A stretch of 62,540 nt of DNA, counting the filler. It is 4 parts of 4 records of this genome, joined end to end, with 100 filler letters (N's around TTAATTAATTAA, not from the genome) between each part and the next. Parts side by side here need not be neighbours in the genome. Positions count along the whole stretch, not along the records: positions 13,145 to 43,167 come from SRR20825006_1563; 3 more parts are not named here. One strand, given 5' to 3'. The position numbers and the translations under genes were made by a program. Positions 30,780 to 40,035 of this stretch are shown piece by piece. The notes beneath the pieces were generated by a model. That model was given only the letters and a program-made list of their open reading frames with translations. It had not been told where the DNA came from and did no database searches. How positions within the stretch are numbered: the first letter of the stretch is position 1; each line of letters opens with the position of its first letter.

Positions 30780-32195
30780 ATGAAATATAAAATCGTTTTC
30801 ATTTTCTTTTTATGTCTTCCTTTTTTTGTTTTTTCTCAAAATGAAGAAAGAACCGTGCTCACGCTGGAAGAATGTATTGATGTAGCATTAAAAAATAACT
30901 TGGATTTAAAGCAATCACTTTTAGCCGAAAAAACAAGTGATATTTACTTCAAGCAAAATAAAAATGCACTGCTACCAACAATAAATGGCAGTTACAATTT
31001 GGGAATCTCAAACGGCCGTAGCATTGATCCTTTTACAAATGCTTTTGTAAACGAACAACTTACATTCTCTAATGCTGGATTGGGGCTGGATGCTACTATT
31101 TTTAATGGATTTAGACTTCTAAATAGCTGGAAACAGGCAAAATTAAACCTAGAAGCAACTGAAATGGAAACAGAGACTGCTAAACAAACCTTGATTTTAA
31201 ATGTAACGTTGAGTTATCTTCAAATTTTGAATTTACAGGATTTAGTAAAACTGGCTAAGGCAAGTGTTGCAACCACTCAGGTGCAATTGGATAGGCTTAA
31301 AGCGCTTTATGAAGAAGAAACAGGAAACCCTGCTGAATTCAGAGATTTGCAAGGACAAATGGCTGCAGCTGCTTCAAGTTTAGTGGAAAGTGAAAATATG
31401 CTTGAAACAGAAATTTTAACAATGAAGACCTTATTAAATTCAGATAAGGAGATTACAGTTGCTTCTCTAAATCAAAAATTAGAAATTGAAGAATACCCAT
31501 ATACTGCAAGTGAAATTTATTTACAAGCTCTGGAAGTATTTCCTTCGATTAAAGCTAGCAATTTAAGCCTAAAAGCTGCGGAAAAAGGGGTAGCTGTGGC
31601 TCGTGCTCAATACATTCCCGAAATAAGTCTTTTTGCAAATCTAAACACAAATTATTCTAGTGCAGCACGTCTTTTTAATGAAACAGGAACAAGTATTATG
31701 GAGACAGGCGATTTTGTAACAATTGGCAATCAAGATTTTAAAGTAATGACGGACCAATCAAATTTTAGGAGTGAAGAAATTTCATATAACGACCAATTTG
31801 ATAATAACCTTAATTCTTCAATTGGAGTAGCAGTTACTGTTCCTATTTTTAATGGTTTTAGAGCAAAGAATACTGTTGCATTAGAAAAAATTAAAAAAGA
31901 AGAAGCACAAACTGCCTTAGAGAAAACAAAGCGCGACCTTCATCAAGCAGTTAAACAATCTTATAATATAATGAAAACTTCTTTTGAACGCTACAAGCTA
32001 CTGCAAGCACAAGTAGAAGCTTATAGGGAGTCTTTTCGCATTAATGAGATTCGTTTTAACAATGGGGTATCCAACAGTGTTGAATACATTATAAGTAAAA
32101 ACAATTTGGAAAACGCGCAGATTAATTTGGCTAATGTGGGGTATGAGTACCTGCTTAGAATAAAGGTTTTAGAATTTTACCGCGGAAATATTTGA
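30780..32195 (+). CDS. TolC family outer membrane channel
   Basis: Signal peptide, LTLEECIDVALKNN, two OEP repeats, VPIFNG, RFNNG. Confidence 0.93.
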   Translation: MKYKIVFIFFLCLPFFVFSQNEERTVLTLEECIDVALKNNLDLKQSLLAEKTSDIYFKQNKNALLPTINGSYNLGISNGRSIDPFTNAFVNEQLTFSNAGLGLDATIFNGFRLLNSWKQAKLNLEATEMETETAKQTLILNVTLSYLQILNLQDLVKLAKASVATTQVQLDRLKALYEEETGNPAEFRDLQGQMAAAASSLVESENMLETEILTMKTLLNSDKEITVASLNQKLEIEEYPYTASEIYLQALEVFPSIKASNLSLKAAEKGVAVARAQYIPEISLFANLNTNYSSAARLFNETGTSIMETGDFVTIGNQDFKVMTDQSNFRSEEISYNDQFDNNLNSSIGVAVTVPIFNGFRAKNTVALEKIKKEEAQTALEKTKRDLHQAVKQSYNIMKTSFERYKLLQAQVEAYRESFRINEIRFNNGVSNSVEYIISKNNLENAQINLANVGYEYLLRIKVLEFYRGNI

Positions 32196-32279
32196 ATTAC
32201 ATATAAAGCTTCAAAAGATATTATAAGTTTATTTAATGTAAAATAATAACTTTATTTTACTGAATAGACACTCAAAAAT

Positions 32280-32316
32280 AAAAATCCCCGTCATCATTAC
32301 GATAACGGGGATTTTT
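32280..32316 (+). terminator. Intrinsic terminator after TolC
   Basis: AAAAATCCCCGT...ACGGGGATTTTT hairpin. Confidence 0.75.
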
Positions 32317-32631
32317 GCATAAAAAAGGAATTACTTATTTTTTATATAATGGCTATTATTAAAAGTATCCAACTATATCATTCATCAACTTTTAAATAAA
32401 TAGTATACTCATTGAATATGTAAAGCTTTGTAGCTTAATAACAGTGGTTTTAAAAGAAGATTCAGGATAAAATTATACATATTAACGATATTATTTGCTT
32501 TATACCGACTTTAAGTGTTATATTTCGTATTATGTCTTTAAAAAAAATGGTTGTGATTTTGATAATTACACATAAATATATGCTAGATATCAGTTAGTTA
32601 TAATCGTTTTAGAATATAATGAAACGAACCA

Positions 32632-33006
32632 ATGAATACATTAAAAAATAGCTATATAGATATAGGTCCATTAATGGAAGAAGTAGAAGGAAATTCGACC
32701 ATTTGTAAGATGCTTATTGAGTCATTCATTAAGGATATTGATGTGTACGTAAATACTATGAATAGCGAATTGAAAACTAATAACTTCCCTGCATTATATC
32801 AAGTGACTCATAAAATAATACCAAGTATAAGGATTTTTAACATTGTTAAATTAGAGCCTATCATTATAAGATTGGAATCTAAATTAAAAAATCAAGAGGA
32901 ATTGGAATGTATTAACGAAGACATTAATACTAGTGTTGAAATTTTTAATAAGGTTAAAACGGAATTATTAAGCGAACTTAAATCAATTGAAAATGCAGCG
33001 TCATAA
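32632..33006 (+). CDS. Hpt (histidine phosphotransfer) domain protein
   Basis: 124 aa helical; LYQVTHKIIPSIRIF resembles the Bacteroidetes Hpt AHKxKPS motif (His kept, second Lys replaced); overlaps the downstream receiver gene. Confidence 0.65.
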   Translation: MNTLKNSYIDIGPLMEEVEGNSTICKMLIESFIKDIDVYVNTMNSELKTNNFPALYQVTHKIIPSIRIFNIVKLEPIIIRLESKLKNQEELECINEDINTSVEIFNKVKTELLSELKSIENAAS

Positions 33007-33379
33007 AATAGTTTTAGCTGAAGATAACTCAACCTTATCGTTACTATTAAAGTATAGGTTAGAAAAAGAAGGTTTTGAAATTTTAATTGCAGCCGATGGT
33101 AAAAGTGCTGTTGAATTGGTAGAAAATCACAATCCAGATTTGGTTTTAACTGATATTATGATGCCTTTTTATAGCGGTCTTGAAGTAATAAGCCATATTA
33201 GAAACAAATTAAAAAAAGAAACACCTGTTATCATATTTTCTTCTGCAGGACAGGAAGAAATGGTTTTAAAAGCCTTTAGCTTAGGAGCCAGCGATTTTAT
33301 GACGAAACCATTTAGTCCTAATGAATTAGTTATTAGAGTTAAAAGATTATTTAGTGTGAAAAAAAACCACTTTTCGTGA
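32993..33379 (+). CDS. Single-domain response regulator
   Basis: AEDN, LTDIMMP, SS, GASDFMTKPF; no output domain. Confidence 0.92.
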   Translation: MQRHKIVLAEDNSTLSLLLKYRLEKEGFEILIAADGKSAVELVENHNPDLVLTDIMMPFYSGLEVISHIRNKLKKETPVIIFSSAGQEEMVLKAFSLGASDFMTKPFSPNELVIRVKRLFSVKKNHFS

Positions 33380-34287
33380 ATATATACCAACAATTATTGG
33401 AGTCTTTCGGTGAAGCATCATTTTTAATACAATTTGCAATTATGGTGGTTATTGTCATGATTATAACCATCATCATACTAATAATAAGTTTAAAAATCAT
33501 ACGCTCTTTTTTAAATATAAAAGACAAAGAAATTTTAAGTTATAAAAAAGAATACGAGGCATTAATAATAGAGTATTTATTTTCTGGAGTTGAAGTAGGA
33601 GCATTCAGCGATAAGCAGCAATCAATTATTCTTAAAATCAAGGAGGATATTAAAATAACTCCAAGACGAAAAAGTGTTATTACGGTTTTAAGCAATTTAA
33701 TGAATGAAGTTTCTGGTGAAATGTCTGAAGCTATTCAAACATTATATTATAAAACTGGACTTATTAATTATGCTAAAGATCGATTGAAAAGTAAAAAATG
33801 GCATTTGACTGCTAAAGCTATTGGAGAGTTAAGACGTTTCAAAATACAAGAAGCTCAAGATGAAATTTCAGAATATATCAATCACCCACGTATCGAAGTA
33901 AGGAAAGAAGCACAATTGTATTTAGTGCATTTGTTTAAGTTTAAAGGACTTAATTTTTTAGACGATTTGGAACAACCCTTATCAGAATGGCATCAATTAC
34001 AACTACTTGAAGCGTTACTAAATATAGAAAATCAACAAATTTGCGATTTAAAACCTTGGCTAAAATCATCAAATGTAAGCGTTGTTTTATTTGCATTAAA
34101 ATTGGTTAAAATTTACAATCAATTTCAGTTAAAAGATATACTTATTGAGTTACTCTCTCATCATGACTTAGAAGTAAGGCAATATGCTAAAGTTGTGCAA
34201 AATAAATTGTTTGGTTATGAGACAGGAGAATTACCAAAGTTAAATTTTAGTAATTCAAAAAATGAAAATCAAATCGGACTTGTTTAA
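33376..34287 (+). CDS. Membrane-anchored HEAT-repeat protein
   Basis: One N-terminal TM, then helical repeats (LKSKKWHLTAKAIGEL, HPRIEVRKEAQ, SSNVSVVLFALK, HHDLEVRQ); GTG start overlaps RR stop (GTGA). Confidence 0.75.
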   Translation: MNIYQQLLESFGEASFLIQFAIMVVIVMIITIIILIISLKIIRSFLNIKDKEILSYKKEYEALIIEYLFSGVEVGAFSDKQQSIILKIKEDIKITPRRKSVITVLSNLMNEVSGEMSEAIQTLYYKTGLINYAKDRLKSKKWHLTAKAIGELRRFKIQEAQDEISEYINHPRIEVRKEAQLYLVHLFKFKGLNFLDDLEQPLSEWHQLQLLEALLNIENQQICDLKPWLKSSNVSVVLFALKLVKIYNQFQLKDILIELLSHHDLEVRQYAKVVQNKLFGYETGELPKLNFSNSKNENQIGLV

Positions 34288-34348
34288 AATTATTTTTGGA
34301 TAGAAAGGTTTTTTTTAAATCCAGCTATTAAAAAGTTAATATATAAAA

Positions 34349-35788
34349 ATGGATACCAGTACAGCCCAGATTATAATAGAAGTTTTTCATTATTTGTTTT
34401 TCACCGGTTCTGTATTGGCAATACTTTCCTATATTATATTATCTATAATTTCGGCACGTGAAACCATAGAGTATGTTAAAAAAAATAGTTTTGTAAACTA
34501 TAATCACATTTTATCTTCCCCTATATCGCCTTCAGTAACAATTATTGCACCTGCTTATAACGAGAGTCTTAATGTAGTAGAAAACGTAAGGTCGTTACTT
34601 TCTAATCATTATCCCAATTATAATGTAATTATTGTAAACGATGGAAGTGCCGATGATAGTTTGGAAAAACTTATTGAAGCTTATGATTTAGAGCATATTG
34701 ATTATGTAGTAAAAGGAAAAATAAAAACCCAACCATTTAGAAGAGGTGTTTTTAAATCAAATAACCCAGCCTTCGAGAAGCTGATTGTAGTAGATAAAGA
34801 AAACGGTGGGAAAGCAGATGCGCTAAATATGGGTTTAAATATTAGCGAAAGTAAATATGTAGCCTGTATAGATGTAGACTGTTTACTATTAGAGGATTCA
34901 CTTCAAAAAATGATAAAGCCCTTTATGGAGGCATCAGATCATAAAGTAATTGCAGCGGGTGGAGTTATTAGAATTGCGAATTCATGCCGTATAAAAGGAG
35001 GGAAGTTACTAGAAGTTAATTTGCCAAAAAATCTATTGGTTCAAGCGCAGATTTTAGAATATTTACGAGCATTTTTACTAGGTAGAATGGCATGGAGTAG
35101 GCTAAATGGTTTGTTAGTTATTTCGGGAGCATTTGGCATTTTCGACAAAAATATAGCAATTGAGGTTGGTGGTTACGACACAAAAACCGTAGGAGAAGAT
35201 ATGGAAATCATTGTTAGAATGAGACGCTATATGGAGGAACAAAACAAAAAATATAGAGTGGCTTATATTCCAGATCCATTATGCTGGACTGAAGCTCCTG
35301 ATAATTATAAAACACTTATATCTCAAAGAAATAGATGGACACGCGGTACTATTGAAACCCTTAGAAAGCACCGAAAAATAGCCTTCAATAAAAACTATGG
35401 CAAGTTTGGTTTAATAAGCTATCCTTATTGGTTAATTTTTGAACGTTTGGCACCAATTATTGAATTAACAGGTTTAATTTATTTCGGAATTCTAATTTAT
35501 TTTGGCTTAGTACATTGGGAATATGCAGTGTTATTTATTGCGATAGCTTACTTTTTTTCGGTACTATTTTCAACAGTAGCTTTGTATTCTGAAGAATTAA
35601 CTTACAATCAATACAAGAAAAGAGGTGCAGGATATAGGTTGATCCTCTTATGTTTTATCGAACCTCTTATTCTACATCCTGTTGTATTATACGCAGCAAT
35701 TAGAGGAAATATAGATTATTATTTCAATAAGAAAAAGAAATGGGGAGCAATGGAACGAAAAGGAATGGCAAACGGTGAAACTAATTAA
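34349..35788 (+). CDS. Processive GT2 glycosyltransferase (PgaC/IcaA/YaiP-like polysaccharide synthase)
   Basis: PAYNE, NDGS, GGKADALN, DVD, GED, QRNRW; one N-terminal and several C-terminal TMs; ends W..MERKG. Confidence 0.92.
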   Translation: MDTSTAQIIIEVFHYLFFTGSVLAILSYIILSIISARETIEYVKKNSFVNYNHILSSPISPSVTIIAPAYNESLNVVENVRSLLSNHYPNYNVIIVNDGSADDSLEKLIEAYDLEHIDYVVKGKIKTQPFRRGVFKSNNPAFEKLIVVDKENGGKADALNMGLNISESKYVACIDVDCLLLEDSLQKMIKPFMEASDHKVIAAGGVIRIANSCRIKGGKLLEVNLPKNLLVQAQILEYLRAFLLGRMAWSRLNGLLVISGAFGIFDKNIAIEVGGYDTKTVGEDMEIIVRMRRYMEEQNKKYRVAYIPDPLCWTEAPDNYKTLISQRNRWTRGTIETLRKHRKIAFNKNYGKFGLISYPYWLIFERLAPIIELTGLIYFGILIYFGLVHWEYAVLFIAIAYFFSVLFSTVALYSEELTYNQYKKRGAGYRLILLCFIEPLILHPVVLYAAIRGNIDYYFNKKKKWGAMERKGMANGETN

Positions 35789-35808
35789 TTTTTATTGGCA
35801 TTTAATAT

Positions 35809-38232
35809 ATGAAGTTCGGGCTAAAAAATAAAGACCTTTTAAATTATGTATACCTGCTAATTGCATTAGTTCTGGCATTTTGGTTAATTGGTGTTTATGA
35901 AATTGCTATGTCTAAACCATTAGGCGAAGGTGATATAAATGTTGCACTTACTTTATTTTATAAATTCCTTAATGATTTTTGGTTTGGAGTAGTTGTCGGG
36001 ATACTTTTTTTGCCATTATATTTAATCATAAATAGTTGGAGTAAAAAGATTGCTACAGTATTAATATCCATAATTTTTTCGATAATTGTTATTATTCAAT
36101 TTTCGCTTGTAAAGTATAGCTTAACAACATTAATTAATTTAGGGGCAGATATTTTAGGCTATTCGTATAACGATGCATTTAATACAGTTGCTAGTTCAGA
36201 GTCTATTTCATTCACTTATTTTCTGCCATTTATTATTTTCCCAGCAGTATTTATTTTGTTGTATATACTAATTAAAAAATACAATAACAGTCGTACTCTG
36301 CTTTGGGGAGGAATTGCAGCTATTATAATTTTCGGAAGTACAGCATTACTATTACAGGATGCAACAGCAGAAAGATTTCAAAATAAAATAGCCTTTTTAG
36401 CGAACGACCTAATAAAATTTAAAGCTGAAGCTAATAAAATGAATGCCTTAAACTTTTCAGATAGAGATGATTTCCCGTTACTAAAACCCTTTGATACCCC
36501 CGATGTTTTATCGTCTTTTTTTAATTTAAATGAAGAAAAACCTAATATAGTTTTTATAGTAGTTGAAGGATTGGGTAGTGAGTTTCTTGATGGCAATGAT
36601 TACAGTGGCTTTACACCCTATCTCGATGGTTTGATTAATAAATCGTTGTATTGGGAAAACTTTGTAAGCACCACAGGGCGATCGTTTGGGCTTTTACCAT
36701 CTTTATTTGGTTCGTTACCTTATGGGGAAACGGGGTTTTTAGAAATAAAAGACACCCCATCTCACCTATCTCTGATAAACATTCTGAAAGCTAACGGCTA
36801 TTATACTTCTTTCTATTCTGGAGATGCCTCCAGTTTTGATAGAAAAATAAAGTTTTTAGAGTATAATGGCATAGACAATTTAATTGATGAAGCTAGTTAT
36901 AGCTCAGATTACATTAAAACTAAAGCTAATGATGGTGGCTTTTCATGGGGTTATCCTGATGGGGAAATTTTCAGAAAAGCAATGCAATCACTTAATATTG
37001 AAAAGCAACCCCGATTAGATATTATAATGACGCTTACTAATCACGAGCCATTTCAATATCCAGATAAAGAAAATTATATGGTTCAAGTGGGTGATTTAAT
37101 TAAAGCATCTCAAAAACCCGAAGCATTAAAAAATAAAATTTTAGGGCATAGCGATATTTTTGGGAGTCTTTTATATACAGACAATAGCCTTAAAAATTTT
37201 ATGCAGGCCTATTCAGAAAGGCCAGATTACAACAATACTATTTTTATAATAACAGGTGATCATAGGTTAATACCCATAGCAATGAAGGATAAGCTTTGTA
37301 GGTATCATGTGCCACTTTTATTTTATAGCCCGATGTTAAAAAATGCTGAAAAATTTAAATCAGTTTCTTCACATTGGGATGTAACTCCAAGTTTATTAAG
37401 TTTTTTATTCAACAACTATAAATTTAACCCATTAGAACAAACAGCATGGATGGGTAAAGGATTAGATACCGTTAAAACATTTAGAAATTTAAATAGTATT
37501 CCCTTAATGCGATATAAAGGGGATATTAATGATATGATTTATAAAGAGTATTTATATTCCGGAAATGAATTGTATAAAATTAACGAACGTTTTGAAACTA
37601 GTAAAGTAGCGGATACGGCTATTTTAAGAACAATTACTGATTCTTTAATGGCATTTAAAAAAATGAATGCTTACGTTACCCAACGTGAAAAAATATTCCC
37701 AGAGGCGCTTAATACATATTCCAACTCAAAAACAAAATTTTCAAAAGCACAGTTAGCTGAAATTAATAAGTATGCAGAAGGAAAGAGTTTTGATGAATTA
37801 TTTATAATCGCCAGAGATCTTGCTTTTAAAAAACATTTTGAAATTTCCAATTTACTCATTGATTATATTTTAAATGAATTTCCAAATTATTCAGATGCAA
37901 GAGTTTTAAAAGGAAGAATCTTAGCGTGGCAAGGAAATTTTGAAGACTCTGAAGTGGTCTTGTTAGAAGCCATCAAACGATCTCCATACATAAGTAATGG
38001 TTATGAAGCAATTTTAGATATGTATTGGTGGTCTAATCAAGAGAAAAAATCAAAAGCTATTTTTGATCAAGCTATAAAAAACGAAGTGGAAAATCCAGAG
38101 ATTAGTTTTAAAATGGCCAAGGCTTATCAACGAATTAATGAAGCAGAAAATGCACGTAAAATCATGGATAGTCTTATTCAATTATATCCAAATACGTCTG
38201 AGTATACAAATTTTAATACCAGCATACAATAA
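35809..38232 (+). CDS. LTA-synthase/alkaline-phosphatase-superfamily membrane transferase with C-terminal TPRs
   Basis: About five N-terminal TMs; KPNIVFIVVEGL, TTGRSFG, TNHEPF, TGDH; C-terminal TPR-like repeats (PNYSDARVLKGRILAWQG). Confidence 0.85.
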   Translation: MKFGLKNKDLLNYVYLLIALVLAFWLIGVYEIAMSKPLGEGDINVALTLFYKFLNDFWFGVVVGILFLPLYLIINSWSKKIATVLISIIFSIIVIIQFSLVKYSLTTLINLGADILGYSYNDAFNTVASSESISFTYFLPFIIFPAVFILLYILIKKYNNSRTLLWGGIAAIIIFGSTALLLQDATAERFQNKIAFLANDLIKFKAEANKMNALNFSDRDDFPLLKPFDTPDVLSSFFNLNEEKPNIVFIVVEGLGSEFLDGNDYSGFTPYLDGLINKSLYWENFVSTTGRSFGLLPSLFGSLPYGETGFLEIKDTPSHLSLINILKANGYYTSFYSGDASSFDRKIKFLEYNGIDNLIDEASYSSDYIKTKANDGGFSWGYPDGEIFRKAMQSLNIEKQPRLDIIMTLTNHEPFQYPDKENYMVQVGDLIKASQKPEALKNKILGHSDIFGSLLYTDNSLKNFMQAYSERPDYNNTIFIITGDHRLIPIAMKDKLCRYHVPLLFYSPMLKNAEKFKSVSSHWDVTPSLLSFLFNNYKFNPLEQTAWMGKGLDTVKTFRNLNSIPLMRYKGDINDMIYKEYLYSGNELYKINERFETSKVADTAILRTITDSLMAFKKMNAYVTQREKIFPEALNTYSNSKTKFSKAQLAEINKYAEGKSFDELFIIARDLAFKKHFEISNLLIDYILNEFPNYSDARVLKGRILAWQGNFEDSEVVLLEAIKRSPYISNGYEAILDMYWWSNQEKKSKAIFDQAIKNEVENPEISFKMAKAYQRINEAENARKIMDSLIQLYPNTSEYTNFNTSIQ

Positions 38233-38245
38233 AACGATTCCTATC

Positions 38246-39499
38246 ATGAAAAAGTTCTTTTTAGTTTTACTAATTTTCACTAGTATCAGTTCTTTTGGGC
38301 AAGAAAGGGTTTTTACAGGCGATCCAGATAAAGCATTTGAAACTGCTAGAGAAATGGCGTTTAACGATCAAAGAGCACAAGCGCAAGATACGCTCCGATT
38401 ACTTCTGGTAAAATACCCTAATTACCACGATATTCGTTCTTTTTTAGCTAACACTTACTCTTGGGACGGGGATTATAAAAAAGCTAAACAGGAATTTGAG
38501 TATATATTGAATGATAGTCCCGACCGATTGAATGATTGGGAAGCAATAATAACAAATGAATTGAGAAGTGACGCTCCCCAAAACGCTTTAGCAATGACTG
38601 ATGAAGCTTTTAAATATTTCCCTAACAATGCGGAATTATTGTATTTAAAAGCCACGGCAGAAGACGACTTAGAGAATAGCGAAGCAGCGTTACATACCCT
38701 TAATAAGATATTATACACAAATCCGGAACACGAAAAAGCACAGCGCTTTAAAGTAAATTTAATAGATAAATTAAGTAAAAATTCTATTGGTATATCAACA
38801 TCTGTTGATGTTTATTCAGAAGTTTTTGATCCAATGGAATATTATTTAGTAAAATATTCCAGACAAACTAAATTAGGTAGTATTCATGCTAAGATGAATA
38901 TAAACCATAGGTTTTCATCTACAGGTGTACAATTTGAAATAGATGCGTATCCTAAAATTACAAAAGGATTGTATGCCTATGCAAATGTGGGTGTTTCAAA
39001 TTCGTTTTTATTTCCAGATATAAGGTTTGGTGGTGAATTATATAAATCACTTCCTAAAAGTTTTGAAACTTCTCTTGGGTTTAGAACACTTAAATTCACT
39101 TCATATACAACTATTTTTACGGGGTCTGTGGGTTGGTATACTGGCAATAGCTATTTGTCATTTCGTTCCTATGTTACACCGGGAGAACCAGATACTAGTA
39201 TTTCAGGAACGTTGAGTTATAGAAGGTATGGGAAAGATGCAGAAACGTATTTCAGTGTAGCTGCGGGAATTGGGTTTTCACCAGAAATATACAGATTTTA
39301 TGGCGAATTTAATGAGGATGCTATTGTTAATCTCGACTCCCAAAAATTCAACTTAGGTTACAACTTTTCAAGTAAAAATAAAAAAAATTCATTTGGAGTT
39401 AATGCAGGTGTAGTACATCAAGAAATTAGCTTTGCCCCAGGAGAATACTTTTGGATTTACTCCTTCTCATTGTCTTGGAATATGAAATACGTGAAGTGA
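38246..39499 (+). CDS. TPR + YaiO-family outer membrane beta-barrel
   Basis: Signal peptide MKKFF at 38246; TPRs (YPNYHDIRSFLANTYSWDG); barrel QFEIDAYPKI...YAYANVG.S.SFLFP..RFGGELY, typical of YaiO. Confidence 0.85.
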   Translation: MKKFFLVLLIFTSISSFGQERVFTGDPDKAFETAREMAFNDQRAQAQDTLRLLLVKYPNYHDIRSFLANTYSWDGDYKKAKQEFEYILNDSPDRLNDWEAIITNELRSDAPQNALAMTDEAFKYFPNNAELLYLKATAEDDLENSEAALHTLNKILYTNPEHEKAQRFKVNLIDKLSKNSIGISTSVDVYSEVFDPMEYYLVKYSRQTKLGSIHAKMNINHRFSSTGVQFEIDAYPKITKGLYAYANVGVSNSFLFPDIRFGGELYKSLPKSFETSLGFRTLKFTSYTTIFTGSVGWYTGNSYLSFRSYVTPGEPDTSISGTLSYRRYGKDAETYFSVAAGIGFSPEIYRFYGEFNEDAIVNLDSQKFNLGYNFSSKNKKNSFGVNAGVVHQEISFAPGEYFWIYSFSLSWNMKYVK

Positions 39500-39534
39500 T
39501 TTATTTTTTAAAACTTTAGGATTTAATTTAATAT

Positions 39535-39565
39535 AAAAATAGCGAGAATCTAACTCGCTATTTTT
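39535..39565. terminator. Bidirectional terminator between convergent operons
   Basis: AAAAATAGCGAG-7nt-CTCGCTATTTTT perfect stem. Confidence 0.8.
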
Positions 39566-39615
39566 ATTTGCATACTTTATAAAAGTGCTTTTAACCCATA
39601 CTTTATTTACTTTGG

Positions 39616-40035
39616 TTAAGGGAGAAACTTATCTCTTAATTCTAAAACCAAAGCTTTGGACAATGGTTTGTCCATATAATCTTTAATGTGGGTGTTATTT
39701 CCAGCTCGCTCTTTGTCGTCTGGATTAAGTGATGAGGTTAGCATTACTATAATATGGCTTCCCTTCTGGTTTTCATCAAGCTTGTTATATTCTTCCATAA
39801 ACTCAAACCCATTCATTGCAGGCATATTAATATCAAGAAATATTAAATCTGGTTGGGGGTATGTATCTTCCATTCCGTTGTAATTTCTTTTAGATGTAAG
39901 ATAATCTAGCCCTTCTTGCCCACTGGTAACTGAATGAATATTGTTTGCAACGCCAGCTAAGTTTATGATTATTTCGTGATATTCATTTGTTGCGGTATCA
40001 TCATCAATTAGTAAAATTGTATTAAATTTTTTCAT
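39616..40035 (-). CDS. Single-domain response regulator (Rcp1/CheY-like)
   Basis: IDDD, LIFLDINMP, LTSS, KPL; overlaps kinase stop (ATGA). Confidence 0.92.
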   Translation of the reverse strand: MKKFNTILLIDDDTATNEYHEIIINLAGVANNIHSVTSGQEGLDYLTSKRNYNGMEDTYPQPDLIFLDINMPAMNGFEFMEEYNKLDENQKGSHIIVMLTSSLNPDDKERAGNNTHIKDYMDKPLSKALVLELRDKFLP

